Shown: positions 26,736 through 39,175, counted from the stretch's first letter. The stretch: 64,000 nucleotides of DNA from Octopus sinensis (GCF_006345805.1 NC_043001.1:132370001-132434000); one strand, 5' to 3'. Notes: generated by a model from the letters alone, not told the origin. Numbers and translations are program-made.

Positions 26736-27051
26736 TTCTATGTATATGAATATATAAATACGTATCTATAATTAGTGGCGGTGTGTGGCGTAGTGGTAAG
26801 GATGTTGGACTCATGATTGTAAGATTGTGGTTTTGATACCTGAACTGGGTGATGCATTGTGTTCTTGAGCAAAACATTTCATTTCACATTGCTCCAGTGC
26901 ATTCAGCTGACAAAAATGAGTCATCTTTTGACGAATCAGCATCCCATCCAGGTGGGGAAATATATACGTCATGAAACTGGAAATTGGCCCTTACGTGTCA
27001 GTATGACTTGAGAAAATAACTTTACTTTACATTTACATATATATATATATA

Positions 27052-27565
27052 TCTATATATATAAAACTGTAGTTGTGTGAGTGTCTGTCTCCTTCGATTT
27101 AGATTCCTAACTACTCCCACATTTTGCGGTGCAGTTTAACCAAATTCAGGTATCTTATAGTCGTGATTCATATCGAGCCCGCATGAGTATTAGCGTGCGT
27201 CTATGATGAGTCTACGATTTTAAAAATAATTTAACATAATTTTTTATTCCATTTTAATGCATAATTTTTCGTATGTCGATGGCAGCAGAGTTGGCGTCCA
27301 CAGTCACACCTGCACCTGTGTTGCTTCTCCCCCTTCTTCCCTCCCTCATGAAGCTGTGGGGAAGGGAGTGTAAGGAAATCAACGTCGTAAAGCGTTGTCA
27401 AGGAGACCAGCGTTCTTTTAGAACAACGACTTCATGGCTTGAAGACACCAAAACAGAAATGGCTAAGAAAGCCCGAATTGGCATCTATAAGGGAAGTAAC
27501 TCTCTAAAAATGCTTATATAGTTATTTCCCTTACAAACCCGAGCAACGCCGGGCGATACTGCTAG
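27052..27565 (+). mobile_element. Non-autonomous Helitron (514 bp), copy 1
   Basis: A|TC 5' end, subterminal hairpin cccgagcaacgccggg, CTAG|T 3' end, no TSD. Confidence 0.9.
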
Positions 27566-27933
27566 TATATATATTATATATATATATATATAATATATAT
27601 ATAATATATATATATATATTTCTATGTATATGAATATATAAATACGTATCTATAATTAGTGGCGGTGTGTGGCGTAGTGGTAAGGATGTTGGACTCATGA
27701 TTGTAAGATTGTGGTTTTGATACCTGAACTGGGTGATGCATTGTGTTCTTGAGCAAAACATTTCATTTCACATTGCTCCAGTGCATTCAGCTGACAAAAA
27801 TGAGTCATCTTTTGACGAATCAGCATCCCATCCAGGTGGGGAAATATATACGTCATGAAACTGGAAATTGGCCCTTACGTGTCAGTATGACTTGAGAAAA
27901 TAACTTTACTTTACATTTACATATATATATATA

Positions 27934-28447
27934 TCTATATATATAAAACTGTAGTTGTGTGAGTGTCTGTCTCCTTCGATTTAGATTCCTAACTACTCCC
28001 ACATTTTGCGGTGCAGTTTAACCAAATTCAGGTATCTTATAGTTGTGATTCATATCGAGCCCGCCTGAGTATTAGCGTGCGTCTATGATGAGTCTACGAT
28101 TTTAAAAATAATTTAACATAATTTTTTATTCCATTTTAATGCATAATTTTTCGTATGTCGATGGCAGCGGAGTTGGCGTCCACAGTCACACCTGCACCTG
28201 TGTTGCTTCCCCCCCTTCTTCCCTCCCTCATGAAGCTGTGGGGAAGGGAGTGTAAGGAAATCAACGTCGTAAAGCGTTGTCAAGGAGACCAGCGTTCTTT
28301 TAGAACAACGACTTCATGGCTTGAAGACACCAAAACAGAAATGGCTAAGAAAGCCCGAATTGGCATCTATAAGGGAAGTAACTCTCTAAAAATGCTTATA
28401 TAGTTATTTCCCTTACAAACCCGAGCAACGCCGGGCGATACTGCTAG
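27934..28447 (+). mobile_element. Non-autonomous Helitron, copy 2 (tandem duplicate)
   Basis: Same termini; offset 882 bp; four substitutions. Confidence 0.9.
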
Positions 28448-28489
<42 letters not shown>

Positions 28490-28730
28490 AATCTTTTTTG
28501 ATTCACCAGAAGTGATAGATTATAGGACTCAATGCAATTGTAAATTATTTAATACATTATAACCGAAAGGCTTGGATTTCCAGAACTCAAGAGTAGCTCA
28601 TTTCCAGTCATCACCTGTTTAATCAAACCTGGTTTTCTTTTGAACATCCACTGAATTATTTTGGAGCAGCAACACAATTTCATAACTTTGATAGTATGGA
28701 GTTTATGATGTTTATAATAATACCACCACA

Positions 28731-29209
28731 GGGAGTCCTTGTAGCGTTTCTTCTGGCCTCCTTTTGTACGCTTGCCGTCTTTGAGTTGGGAGTAGAAGAT
28801 CTGTTTGGGAAGTCGTTCGTCAGTCATTCTAACCACGTGGCCGCTCCATCTTAGTTGGCCTTTGATGACATAGGCTTCGATGCTGGTCATTTTTGCTTCT
28901 TGTAGCACGCTGACGTTAGTTCTTCTGTCTTCCCAGCTGATGTTGAGGATCTTCTGAAGACAGCGTTGGTGAAATTTCTCGAGCGTTTTCAGGTGGTGAC
29001 TATACAGGTTTCGGATGCGTAAAGGAGGGTTGGAATAATGACTGCCCTGTACACCATGAGATGACAGAAGGAGCGCCAACAACAACCAAACGCAACTCTC
29101 CCTTCTGGCACTAGATGTCCGCACTGTGACCGATCTTTTCAAGCAAGAATTGGTCTTATCGGTCACCTACGAACTCACCAGTAAATTCGCGTGAAGACCA
29201 TCATCAATC
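28731..29209. mobile_element. RTE-clade LINE 3' fragment with 5' inversion and 12 bp TSD
   Basis: 28731-~29060 on minus encodes LMVYRAVIIPTLLYASET...LRWSGHVVRM...KRYKDS; ~29060-29209 on plus encodes CPHCDRSFQARIGLIGHLRTHQ*. aataccaccaca flanks at 28719-28730 and 29210-29221. Confidence 0.9.
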
Positions 29210-29655
29210 AATACCACCACAAGAACCAGAAATTAAACCAAAACTATGAGCCTGAAGGAGCTGTTTGCACACAGGTTATTCACAAAGGTTTTTAAATGAA
29301 TGAACATATAGATAAGTATTTCCTTCAAACTTTCATTTCATATTTCAAAAAACATATTCAGAGAATGGATAGTCAAAAGAAAACCAGGCTCAGTTTACCA
29401 GCTGATGATCAGAAATGGGTAAATCTGAGTATTGGAAATCAGAGTCTTTCAGTTGTAATATATATATATATATTTAATTCTCTTTTTGCATGGCGGATAT
29501 GTTCCAGAGACTACCATGCAAAATATACAGTGTACATATGAAAATTAGAGGCAGGTTCCATCCAAACATATTTAATAAAAAAAAATGTTAATTTTCATAT
29601 GCAAATACATTGAATTTTTATTGGTACATACATAAATACATATATATATATATAC

Positions 29656-29706
<51 letters not shown>

Positions 29707-29713
29707 TATATGT

Positions 29714-30016
29714 GGAGGTGCAATGGCCTAGTGGTTAGGGCAGCGGACTTGCGGTCGAAGGATCGCGGTTTCGATTCCCAGACCAGGCGTTGTGAGTGTT
29801 TATTGAGCGAAAACACCTAAAAGCTCCACGAGGCTCCGGCAGGGGGTGGTGATCCCTGCTGTACTTTTTCACCACTCTTTCTCTCTCTCTTTCTTCTGTT
29901 GGCCTGCTCGCTTAGCCAGCGGGGTGGCGTCATTGTCATTCGAAGGCTAAAACAATGCAAACGCATTGTGACCAGTGATGTGTAAAACATCTGATGGTCT
30001 GGTCGGTCACGTGATA
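29714..30016 (+). mobile_element. SINE family C-prime
   Basis: Second, complete copy. Confidence 0.85.
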
Positions 30017-30597
30017 TATATATATATTATATATATATGAATAAATTCTTTCATTTATTTGTATTAAAAAAACACACAAATTTCCACACGAAAGCACGTG
30101 ATCTCTGCCCTTGGCATGTAGCTTCAACCGTGTTTTTCTGACGTGAATTTGCTACCCAGGTATCGGTTAACCGAATTATCCAACATAATCATTCAGTCAT
30201 TCACTGTCACTACTAGGCAGTAAACATGCCTGCTTTCTGTTGTTCTTCAGTGGTGCAAAATCACTCTCATCACTGAAAATATTTAATGGCAATATATCTC
30301 CATGTGTATCATGAATAAAATTAACACCTTGTGTTTCTTTTGCTTCACTGGTTTTGAATACGAATTCGGTTATCAGCTGCTGTGATTTTGCTTTTGTTAG
30401 TTCTTTACATGATTCTTCATAACATGTCATAATCATTTTGAAATCACGTTGGAGTTGCACAGCTCGTTCAACATAGTTATCATTTGTAAGAAAATGGTTT
30501 CCAAGTTTATTGGCTATTTGGAGGCCTTCTAGAATTGTACTTGCAGATAGTGAAACCACTTCTTCATCATCACTACTATAAACTAATGTGGAATCAT

Positions 30598-31012
30598 GAG
30601 TGGCTGTGTGGTAAGTAGCTTGTTTACCAACCACATGGTTCCGGGTTCAGTCCCACTGCGTGGCACCTTGGGCAAGTGTCTTCTACTATAGCCTCGGGCC
30701 GACCAAAGCCTTGTGAGTGGATTTGGTAGACGGAAACTGAAAGAAGCCCGTCGTATATATGTATATATGTATGTGTGTATGTGTGTGTGTGTGTTTGTGT
30801 GTCTATGTTTGTCCCACTAGCATTGCTTGACAATCGATGCTTGTGTGTTTATGTCCCTGTCACTTAGCGGTTCGGCAAAAGAGACCGATAGAATAAGTAC
30901 TGGGCTTACAAAGAATAAGTCCCGGGGTTGAGTTGCTCGATTAAAGGCGGTGCTCCAGCATTGCCGCAGTCAAATGACTGAAACAAGTAAAAGAGTAAAA
31001 GAGTAAAAGAGT
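30598..31012 (+). mobile_element. SINE family A inserted in the Tigger element
   Basis: Full-length copy interrupting the transposase C-terminal region. Confidence 0.9.
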
Positions 31013-31450
31013 ACTCCCTGAAATACTTTCTATAATTTGTTCTTCATTAAGAGCTTTGTCAATTGTTAATTCTACAATATCTTCAATTATTCATTCTTCA
31101 AAACCTTCTCTGCCAATCTGATGTGACAAAGTGATGATATCAGAATGTAATTCGTTCCTGTTTATATTAGATATGAGATTTTTAGGCTTTACACATTCTC
31201 GCCAAAGTGATCTCCAGCATGCATTTAGGGTGGATGGTTTCAATTTGGATAAAGACAGGGCAACATATTTAACACAATTATAGTAAATTTTTTCCATGCT
31301 TGAATGATTGAAAAAGTACCATCTTTTTCTAGTTCACCTATGATATATTCAAATGTTCGCTGGATATATGATCTGAATGTTGAAATTATACCCTGATGAA
31401 GTGGTTGAATCATTGATGTTGTATTTGGTAGCAAGAACACGACTTTTACA

Positions 31451-31680
31451 CATTATTTACATTATTTATATTTGACGGATATTTGTCCTCTTCTTGTTTG
31501 TTGTTAACGCAATGTTTCGGTCGATATACCCTCCAGCCTTCATCAGGTGTCTTGAGGAAATTTTTAACTTGGGTTCTCATTCCTTAGGAAACGTTGTGTT
31601 AACAACAAACATGTTGAGGACAAATATCCGTCAAATGTAAATAATGTACATAATTCCTCATCTCTTAAATATAGAACTGT
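31451..31680. mobile_element. Penelope terminal-repeat remnant in inverted configuration, 12 bp TSD
   Basis: acgacttttaca at 31439-31450 and 31681-31692; removing the insert restores PNVKVVFLLPN; ~60 bp inverted arms (tttgacggatatttgtcctc / gaggacaaatatccgtcaaa). Confidence 0.85.
31505..31551 (-). ncRNA. Degenerate hammerhead motif in the Penelope remnant
   Basis: acac-CTGATGA-aggctggagggtatatcgacc-GAAAC-att-gcgtt; stems II and III mutated. Confidence 0.5.
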
Positions 31681-33194
31681 ACGACTTTTACATTAGGTTG
31701 TTCCAAATCTGGATGACCAGGTGTGTTGTCTATAAGTAAAAGGACTTTAAACTCAAGACCTTTATCTTCCATATATCTTCTTATTTCAAGAACAAATCAG
31801 TTGTTAGACCATTCAGTAAATATTTCTTCAGTCATCCATTTTTATTGGCTCTCCAATGAACAAGTAATTTACTTAAGACTGATCAGACAAACTGATCAAT
31901 TAATTAATAAGTGCTTTAATAAACAATCTCCTGAAGCATTGCTACATAACAAGAAAATTACATGGTCTTTAGCTGCCTTAAAACCACTGGCACTTTTCTC
32001 TAATTTTGCTATATACATTCTGTTTGGCTTTTTCTCCAAATGACATCAGTTTCATCTGCATTAAAAACTTAGTCTGAAATGTAACTGCCTTCTTCAATTA
32101 TTTTGGCTAGTTGTCGAAGGAATTCTTCAGTAGCAGTTTTATCTACCGATGAAATTTCATCTCCCATCTTTATATTATGCAGTGTGTGTCTTTCAAGGAA
32201 TTTTGTAAGCCATCTCATACTTGCAGCACATTCATTCTTCCTTTTATCACTAGACAGATGTAATGCACTTGATGACTCCAGATCATTAATCTTCTTGTAA
32301 TCTGTTTTAGGTATCCTTTTTTGGTTGTTTTCTTCTTTCCATATTATTAACGGTTTCTCCATTTTTTTATTGAATCATATCCCTTGTATATGATGACGAC
32401 TTGGCTGACAATTTTGTTCCAGAAGCTATAGATCTTCTAATGATGGCATCATTCCATTTGATCATTCTTATCGTAGCTTCATTCAGGCAGAAAGCTCTAC
32501 CCAAAGATGCTGCACTTTTGCGCTTATGAAGACAATCCAAAATATTGATCTTGGTTTCCAAAGAAATTGATGCTCTTTTATTTTTCTTAGATGTATCAAA
32601 CAACATTTTGGGGTAGGTTATCACTATCATGATCGCAAATAAAAAATATAGCAGAGGATTAAATATGCAACACGTCTTTCGTATTAGACCCAATGCTAAT
32701 GAATGCTGCTGCACGCCGTCTGATGGAGTGGTTACACACAGCGAGAGGTATGTACAGTGCATAGGTCCCACCCACACCAGAGAGTGGGGGATCACTGTAT
32801 GGAAAAAATAGATTGGATTCTATTTTACTTTGCTAAATTGTTACTTAATCATGCTATGTAAAGTCTCAGCATTTTGTAAATCATAATTGATTGATGTTAC
32901 TTCATTGTTTACTTGCCACTTGCAATAAATTCAGTGGTCACACAAGTACAGCTGTTTAAAGCATGTTAAAGTAAAAACAAATACTGCAAACAAATAATCG
33001 GTTCTTTTCGTTAAACTATGTTATTTCAAAACCGTGCCAAAAGAAAATTGAGTGTGTGTATGTATGTATATCTATATATATATATATATATATATATACA
33101 TGGTGGCTGCCTCCTCGTTATCGAGTATGGCCATTGCACGAAGCTTAATCAATGTTGTTATCGTGCAATGCCTGTGCAAGAAGATTTTTTTTAA

Positions 33195-33370
33195 CCCCTT
33201 ACCCGGCAGAAACGAATATATGCGTTTTGACCTAAATTGGTTTTTACTATCTCTGGCGAGTTAACTCGTCACAAGATAGACTCACCAAAATCGACAATTA
33301 AAAAAGAAAACAATTAAAAAATATGTCTGAAAAAATACATTTATTTTCAAAATAATTGTTGGGTAAGGGG
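33195..33370. mobile_element. TTAA MITE family 3
   Basis: TTAA|CCCCTTACCC...GGGTAAGGGG|TTAA, perfect 10 bp TIR. Confidence 0.9.
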
Positions 33371-33629
33371 TTAAAGTGAGGAAAGGCTTTGCACTGAGTC
33401 AATCTCACTCACTAATCAACAGCAGCCATAATCCGAAAAGAAGAACAAGTCAACATCATTGGTAGCCACTGAGCCGCAGATTTTATTTCGGAGTTATCCC
33501 AGTTACCTGTGTTACCTTCTCCTAGAAGGATGCCCTAACAAAGGCTAGGAGTCCTTCACTCCCAATGATTTAACCGCGCGATCAGGTATTCAGTTTGATT
33601 ATTTCTATGTCCCCATGCATGATACATGA

Positions 33630-33950
33630 TATGGCTCTGTGGTTAAAGTGTCAGACTCACAATCACGAGGTAGTGTGTTTGATTCCTGGATTGGGCTGTG
33701 TAATGTGTTATTGACCAAGACATTTCATGTTGTTCCAATTCACTGAGCTGTAGAAATGAGTTGCAACATCACTAGTGCCAAGCTGTATCGGCCTTTGCCC
33801 TTTCCTTGGATAACATCAGTGGCATGGAGAGGGGGACTGGTATGCATGGGTGACTACTGGTCTTCCATAAACAACGTTGCTCAGACTTGTGCCTCACAGG
33901 GAAAGTTTCTAGGTGCAATGCCATGATCATTCATGAACAAAGGAGATTTT
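33630..33950 (+). mobile_element. SINE family E
   Basis: Same head and body as 62660-63013. Confidence 0.8.
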
Positions 33951-33976
33951 TTACCCTATATATATACACACTCACG

Positions 33977-34022
<46 letters not shown>

Positions 34023-34423
34023 ACACACACACACATATTATGTCAGATATTGGTCTTGCACTACTGGTAACATATAAGACAGTACAATTTGCTGCATGGT
34101 TGGATCACTGGCAACTAAACTGGCAACATTGCTAAGCAAGCTTGGTGAGGTCACTCAACAGGATGAAAAACAAGACCTGTCAAAGGGTGGGAGAACGTAG
34201 GAGAGTCAACAGCAGAAAGAAACGGAATTCCTAAGGGACATTTTGTATTTTCATCCAGAATAGAAATGAGCATCATCCTGCCATGTGATCAGCTTGAAAA
34301 ATTATTAATATATTAAGATCGTTTTCTTAACATGAAACCAATGGTAGCCTTAATGCACAAATAAAGAAATTTTATCCACCAATGCAGTGTTGAGCATTCA
34401 TTCTCATCATTCGACACATATAC

Positions 34424-34459
<36 letters not shown>

Positions 34460-35071
34460 ATAATAATAAATGGCAAGTTTGTGTTTGTGAATTTGTTACT
34501 TTAATTCTTCCAAGACTATCCAACAGACCTTGATAAAACTTGACATATGTGTGTGTGTGTGGGGGGGTGTCTTATGTCCATGCGGTCACTTATGCACTAG
34601 AATTTTTAATCAGAATCGATTTTTAATCAGAATTGAATTTTCAAATACTGTAAAATTTCAGCATTTTTCACACAAGCCATCATGACATCAAATTGATGAA
34701 ACATGCCGAAATCATCATCATCATCATCATCATCATCGTTTAACATCCGCTTTCCATGCTAGCATGGGTTGGACGATTTGACTGATTTGGACGATTTGGC
34801 CGATTTGACAGATGGCTGCACCAGGCTCCAATCTGACCTGGCAGAGTTTCTACAGCTGGATGCCCTTCCAAACGCCAACCACTCTGAGAGTGTAGTGGGT
34901 GCTTTTATGTGCCACTGGCATGAGGGCCAGTCAGGCAGTACTGGCAACGACCTTGCTTGAATGTTTTTTTACATGCCACCAGCACAGGTGCCAGTAAGAC
35001 GATGCAGGTAACGATCAAGCTTGAAAGGTGCTTTTTATGTGCCACTGGCATGGAAGCCAGTTTGTTGCTCT

Positions 35072-35121
<50 letters not shown>

Positions 35122-36855
35122 CCTTATTTGTAAATTAAGGCCACCATTGATTTCATGTAAAGAAAATTAAGAAGATATCATAGTGTTTTAACAATTTTTC
35201 AAGCCAATCGTATGGAGAAAGGTATTTGATTCCATTTTGGAAAACAGTCTCACTTCTTTCACAGGGTTTCTTGTAAATTCACGTAAATAAAACAATGAAT
35301 CAATGAGTCACGGGACGTTACTCTTGAGTAGCATCTTTTGGATGTTTCGCTCCCTTGAATTTGTTTTTTGGGGAAATTTTTTTTGATCAATTTGTTTGCA
35401 TTATTTCGCATGATTTTGTTTTTGTTCCGGGCATGGTGTTCTTATACTTGTGTGCTGAGGTAATTCATCATTGGGGCATATTTCTTCTTTGAGTGAAGTT
35501 TGTGTGCTATGTGTGTTCACATTTAGGAAATGGGCTATCCTGGTAGGGTTACCCTCACACATAGTGGGCTCTTCTTTGAAATATTTGAGTGTAAAATATT
35601 GTTTGTGTATGCAGGGAGAGGTTTCATGTGTAATGCTTAGGCCAGTGCTTTTCAAACTTTTTGCTGGAGCGGAACCCCAAGGAAACATTCCACTGGCTTG
35701 AGGAACCCCTGTGCAATAATTTAATAGCCTTATGCACACATATCTGCACAGGAGAATTAAAAATTATTGCCGATTTTAGCAGTTTTGTAACTTCTTGCGG
35801 AACCCCTGGACTCTACTGGCGGAACCCTAAGGTTCCGCGGAACCCTGGTTGAAAACCACTGGCATAGGCTGTTGTCTGTTGATTATATAATGTTTAATTT
35901 TTCAGTAATACAGAGTTCACATCTGGTATCCCATCCTCTGTAATTTTTGTCTTTAGCAATGATTTTCCATTCTATTTGGGGGTTGCTTATTCTACTTTCT
36001 TTCAATGTCCATATCATATTTGAAAGGGATGTTGCATATTTTTTACTTTTGTCTCTGAATGATGCCAGATGTTGTGTATACCTTTCCTTGAATGAGTTGC
36101 TCATCATTCCTGTGTATGGTTTTTGCTATTCCATTGTGGTCCGTGATCTTGGCCTTAACTATGAGTTCTTTCTCAAGACAGTTGCTATTTAGAGGGCAGT
36201 GGTTTGTTTATCTACAGTTGCATTGTCTTTTGTGGGTGTTTCTGGTGTGTTTATGTTTATTGTGATTGAATATTTTTGTTCCTATATTGGGGAGGCAACT
36301 ATAGTTAACTTTCACAGTATTTCAGATGAAGATCTTGTGGTATTTATGTTAATGTGGAAAGTGATTGTCCATTAGTTTTAAGAATTTTCTATGTTAGTGG
36401 CTAGATTCATGCTATAAGGTGGATTGAACCAGAAGATTTTCTTCTGTCTGAGCCTTTTTGGTTTATTTATAGTTGATTCAATGTAGTGTATGCAATTCTT
36501 GAAGTTGGACCTTTCTAATACAGTATTATAATATGGGGGAAGCTTTTTCAAAAGTGCCTTTATTGACAGATAAATTGGAGACATGCCCGCTGATGTTGTT
36601 AACTATTTGTTTAATTACAGCTGGTGGGTGGTTCGAACCTATGTCTATGTTCAACACTTCCTTATTCTGTTTGTGGTAGGGTTTAAATTTTCCTGTGTTA
36701 AGATTCATGTTAATGTCTAGAAAGTTGGTTTCTTTAAGGTTTGTATTAATTGTGATTCTTAGGCCTAATTGGATAAATATATTGAGTAATTTTTTCCTTT
36801 TTCTATATATCATGTCCGTTTTTACTATGCATTACTCCCAGGCCATTGTCCCTAC
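35122..36855 (-). mobile_element. Penelope-like element (Naiad-like by motif), 5'-truncated at RT motif C, decayed
   Basis: GLCRDNGL (YRDDGL), NFLDI, SNHPP, WFNPPYS, NYSCLPN, CNCR..CPL..CL, FKERYTQH, CELCITEK (GIY-YIG); (TA)n on the flanks. Clade assignment is inferred from recalled motifs. Confidence 0.85.
35643..35861. mobile_element. hAT-type MITE inserted in the Penelope element
   Basis: TIR CAGTGCTTTTCAAAC / GTTGAAAACCACTG; 8 bp TSD gcttaggc / gcataggc. Confidence 0.9.
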
Positions 36856-37120
36856 ATAAACATGCCACTCTAGTGTAACATCCCTTTATTCATTGATTCA
36901 GTGTTTTATTTATGAGAATTTACAAGAAACTCCATGAATGAAACAAGACTGTTTTCCAAAATGGAAGTGTACACCTTCCTCCAAGTGATCAGCTTGAAAA
37001 ATTGTTAAGACTCTAGAATATATTTTCCTACTTTTCTTAGCATGAAACGAGTGGTAGCCTTAATTCACAAATAAAGAAATTATATCCACTAATGCAGTGT
37101 TGAGCACTCATTTCTATTGT
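36856..37120 (+). repeat. Inverted copy of the Penelope terminal segment (vs ~35122-35345); third copy ~34262-34420
   Basis: The reverse complement shares aacaatttttcaagc, ttccattttggaaaacagtct and gtttcttgtaaatt..taaataaaaca.tgaatcaatga. Confidence 0.8.
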
Positions 37121-37132
37121 TTGACATTTACA

Positions 37133-37171
37133 TGTGTGTGTGTGTATACACATATATATATATAATATATA

Positions 37172-37216
<45 letters not shown>

Positions 37217-37249
37217 GTATATATATGTGTATATATATAGATATATACC

Positions 37250-37281
<32 letters not shown>

Positions 37282-37487
37282 ACATATATATATATAATAT
37301 TATATATATACATCATATCATATATATGTATATATATACATATACATATGTATATATATATATACACATACATATATATATAATACATATATATATATAT
37401 ATATATACATTATATATATATGCATATATATACATGTATATACATGTATATACATATATATACATTATATATTATATATACATATGC

Positions 37488-37530
<43 letters not shown>

Positions 37531-37580
37531 TATGTGTATATATGTATATACATATATGTATATATACACATACATGCATA
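37133..37580. repeat. Long degenerate (TA)n array
   Basis: Direct reading; similar arrays at 48520-49130 and 59750-59955. Confidence 0.95.
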
Positions 37581-38208
37581 TCTATATACTACTAAAACTC
37601 TCTGATTGCTTGTTTGTCTGCCATTTAATACAGTCAAACTGGTGCATAATACTTTGAATTAAGTTACCCCTGAAATGTGAATACAATTGGAATAAAACAA
37701 GTTGAGCATAAATCAGACTAAGGATTCCTCAGGTTTTAAAGGTTTGGGGGATATTCATAAATACCCAAGTACCAAATAATGAGAAAATGCTCCGAAAATA
37801 ACATAACCCTAAAAGGGAAGAAACTCTAACCTTTCGATGTCTTCTGTAATTTGGAGACAATCTTCATTACCTGGACAAAAGTCTTAGTGACTTTAACTTG
37901 CCAATGGAAAAGTACAAGTTGTTTTTACAGTAAATGTTTCTATTTTCACTTTTGTTAAACACAATATTTAATCATTTAGAAATATTTTTAATTGAATGTG
38001 ATTTAAAAAATATAAGTTGTTTGTACAGTAAGTATTTGTATTTTAGCTTTGTTTAAACAGACAATATTTTAATTTTTTTTTTTTATTATTTTCAAGTGAA
38101 TACCACTACAAATTTTTGTTGGCATATTTAAAAATATTTTTAAGTGAAAATGACTTTAAAAATACAAATTGTTTGTACAGTGATTATTTGTATTTCAGCT
38201 TTCTTTAA

Positions 38209-38429
38209 CCCTTTAGTGTTCACATTATTCTGCCAAAGTTAATGCTTTTTTATCCACATTGTTTTGATCTAATCACGCATTATCTTGTAGCCATGAGATT
38301 TTAATGAGGTAGCTGTTAATTTTTAAAACGACATTGTAGGGTTGGTGTGAGAGACCAGATCTAGCCAGTTTGACCATAAAACAGGCAGAATACTTTTGGC
38401 CGGATATGGCCGGTTTAAATGCTAAAGGG
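38209..38429. mobile_element. TTAA MITE family 2
   Basis: TTAA|CCCTTTAG...CTAAAGGG|TTAA. Confidence 0.9.
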
Positions 38430-38454
38430 TTAAACAGACGATATTTTAATTATT

Positions 38455-39175
38455 AATGAGTAGGAAAATATTTCATAAAGGACCCATTCGTACCTCAGTG
38501 TGAAATAAGTTTTTTCCACAGGTCTTTTTTTTTGAGAGCATTCAATGTATCTCACCTCCAAACCTGCCACAAGCCACTTTTCTTCCAGAAAATGGAGTAG
38601 TGGTGGGGGCTTCATAATTTCCTGAGTTTCCCACCAACAAATTTTATATCGCTATTTTCTTTCTTTTCCAGGTTATTTTGCATGCTTTCAATGAATGTGA
38701 CATCAAAATCATGCATAAATGGCTCCTTTCCCAGAAATGGAAAGATTTGGCTGCTATTTCTAGCATGTACTTCTACCATGTAACAGCTATTTGCAACAAA
38801 GACCTGAAATAGCTGTTACATGGTAGCAAGGCATGCCAGAAATAGCAGCCAAATCTTTCCTTTTCTGTGGGAGAGAGCTGTGTACATATGATTTCCATGC
38901 CACATTCATTGAAAGCATGAGAAATAGCCTAGAAAAGAAAAAGAACTCACAGAAAAAATCCATTGGTGGGAAACTCGGAGATTCCCAGAAAATATAAGTT
39001 GTTTCCCAGAAAACTCAAAGGTCCCTACCACCCTTCCACCCTCTTCTTTTTCAGAAGGAAGTGGCTTACTGCATGTTTGGAGGTGAGATACATTGAATGC
39101 ATTCAAAAAAACCCGTGGAAAAATTATTTCACACCAAAGTATGAATGGGTCCTTTACAAAATATTTACCCAAGAT
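38455..39175. repeat. Old ~700 bp imperfect palindrome centred at ~38800
   Basis: Inner 54 bp arms 38739-38792 / 38807-38860 with 5 mismatches; homology continues outward with gaps. Confidence 0.85.

Larger units (their letters stand above)
26735..28447 (+). repeat. ~882 bp tandem duplication (old SINE + Helitron), bounded by (TA)n
   Basis: 26735-27565 repeats at 27619-28447. Confidence 0.95.
30120..32797 (-). mobile_element. pogo/Tigger (Tc1-mariner) transposon, decayed
   Basis: CENP-B-type HTH (KRASISLETKINILDCL..LNEATIRMIK), VFNADET, PNVKVVFLLPNTTSMIQPLHQGII; TA|CAGTGATCCC-like end at 32797. The other end is uncertain. Confidence 0.85.

Noticed and set aside
27273-28403. Duplicated 82 aa ORF MSMAAELAST...
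   Set aside because: Lies inside a non-autonomous Helitron; no recognisable domain or splice context.
28549-29166. 205 aa ORF, the longest in the track
   Set aside because: Chimera of antisense RTE 3' end, sense RTE fragment and flank, created by the inversion.
36180-36380. In-frame TGA in the Penelope linker as possible selenocysteine
   Set aside because: The position corresponds to Arg in the IFNRNT-type motif (CGA>TGA decay), and the element has other stops and frameshifts.
37037-37637. Many YIYI/HTHT/poly-L/poly-R ORFs here and at 24.7k, 25.3k, 26.5k, 43.8k, 48.4-49.3k and 59.6-60.1k
   Set aside because: Translations of (TA), (CA), (ATT) and (GAA) microsatellites.
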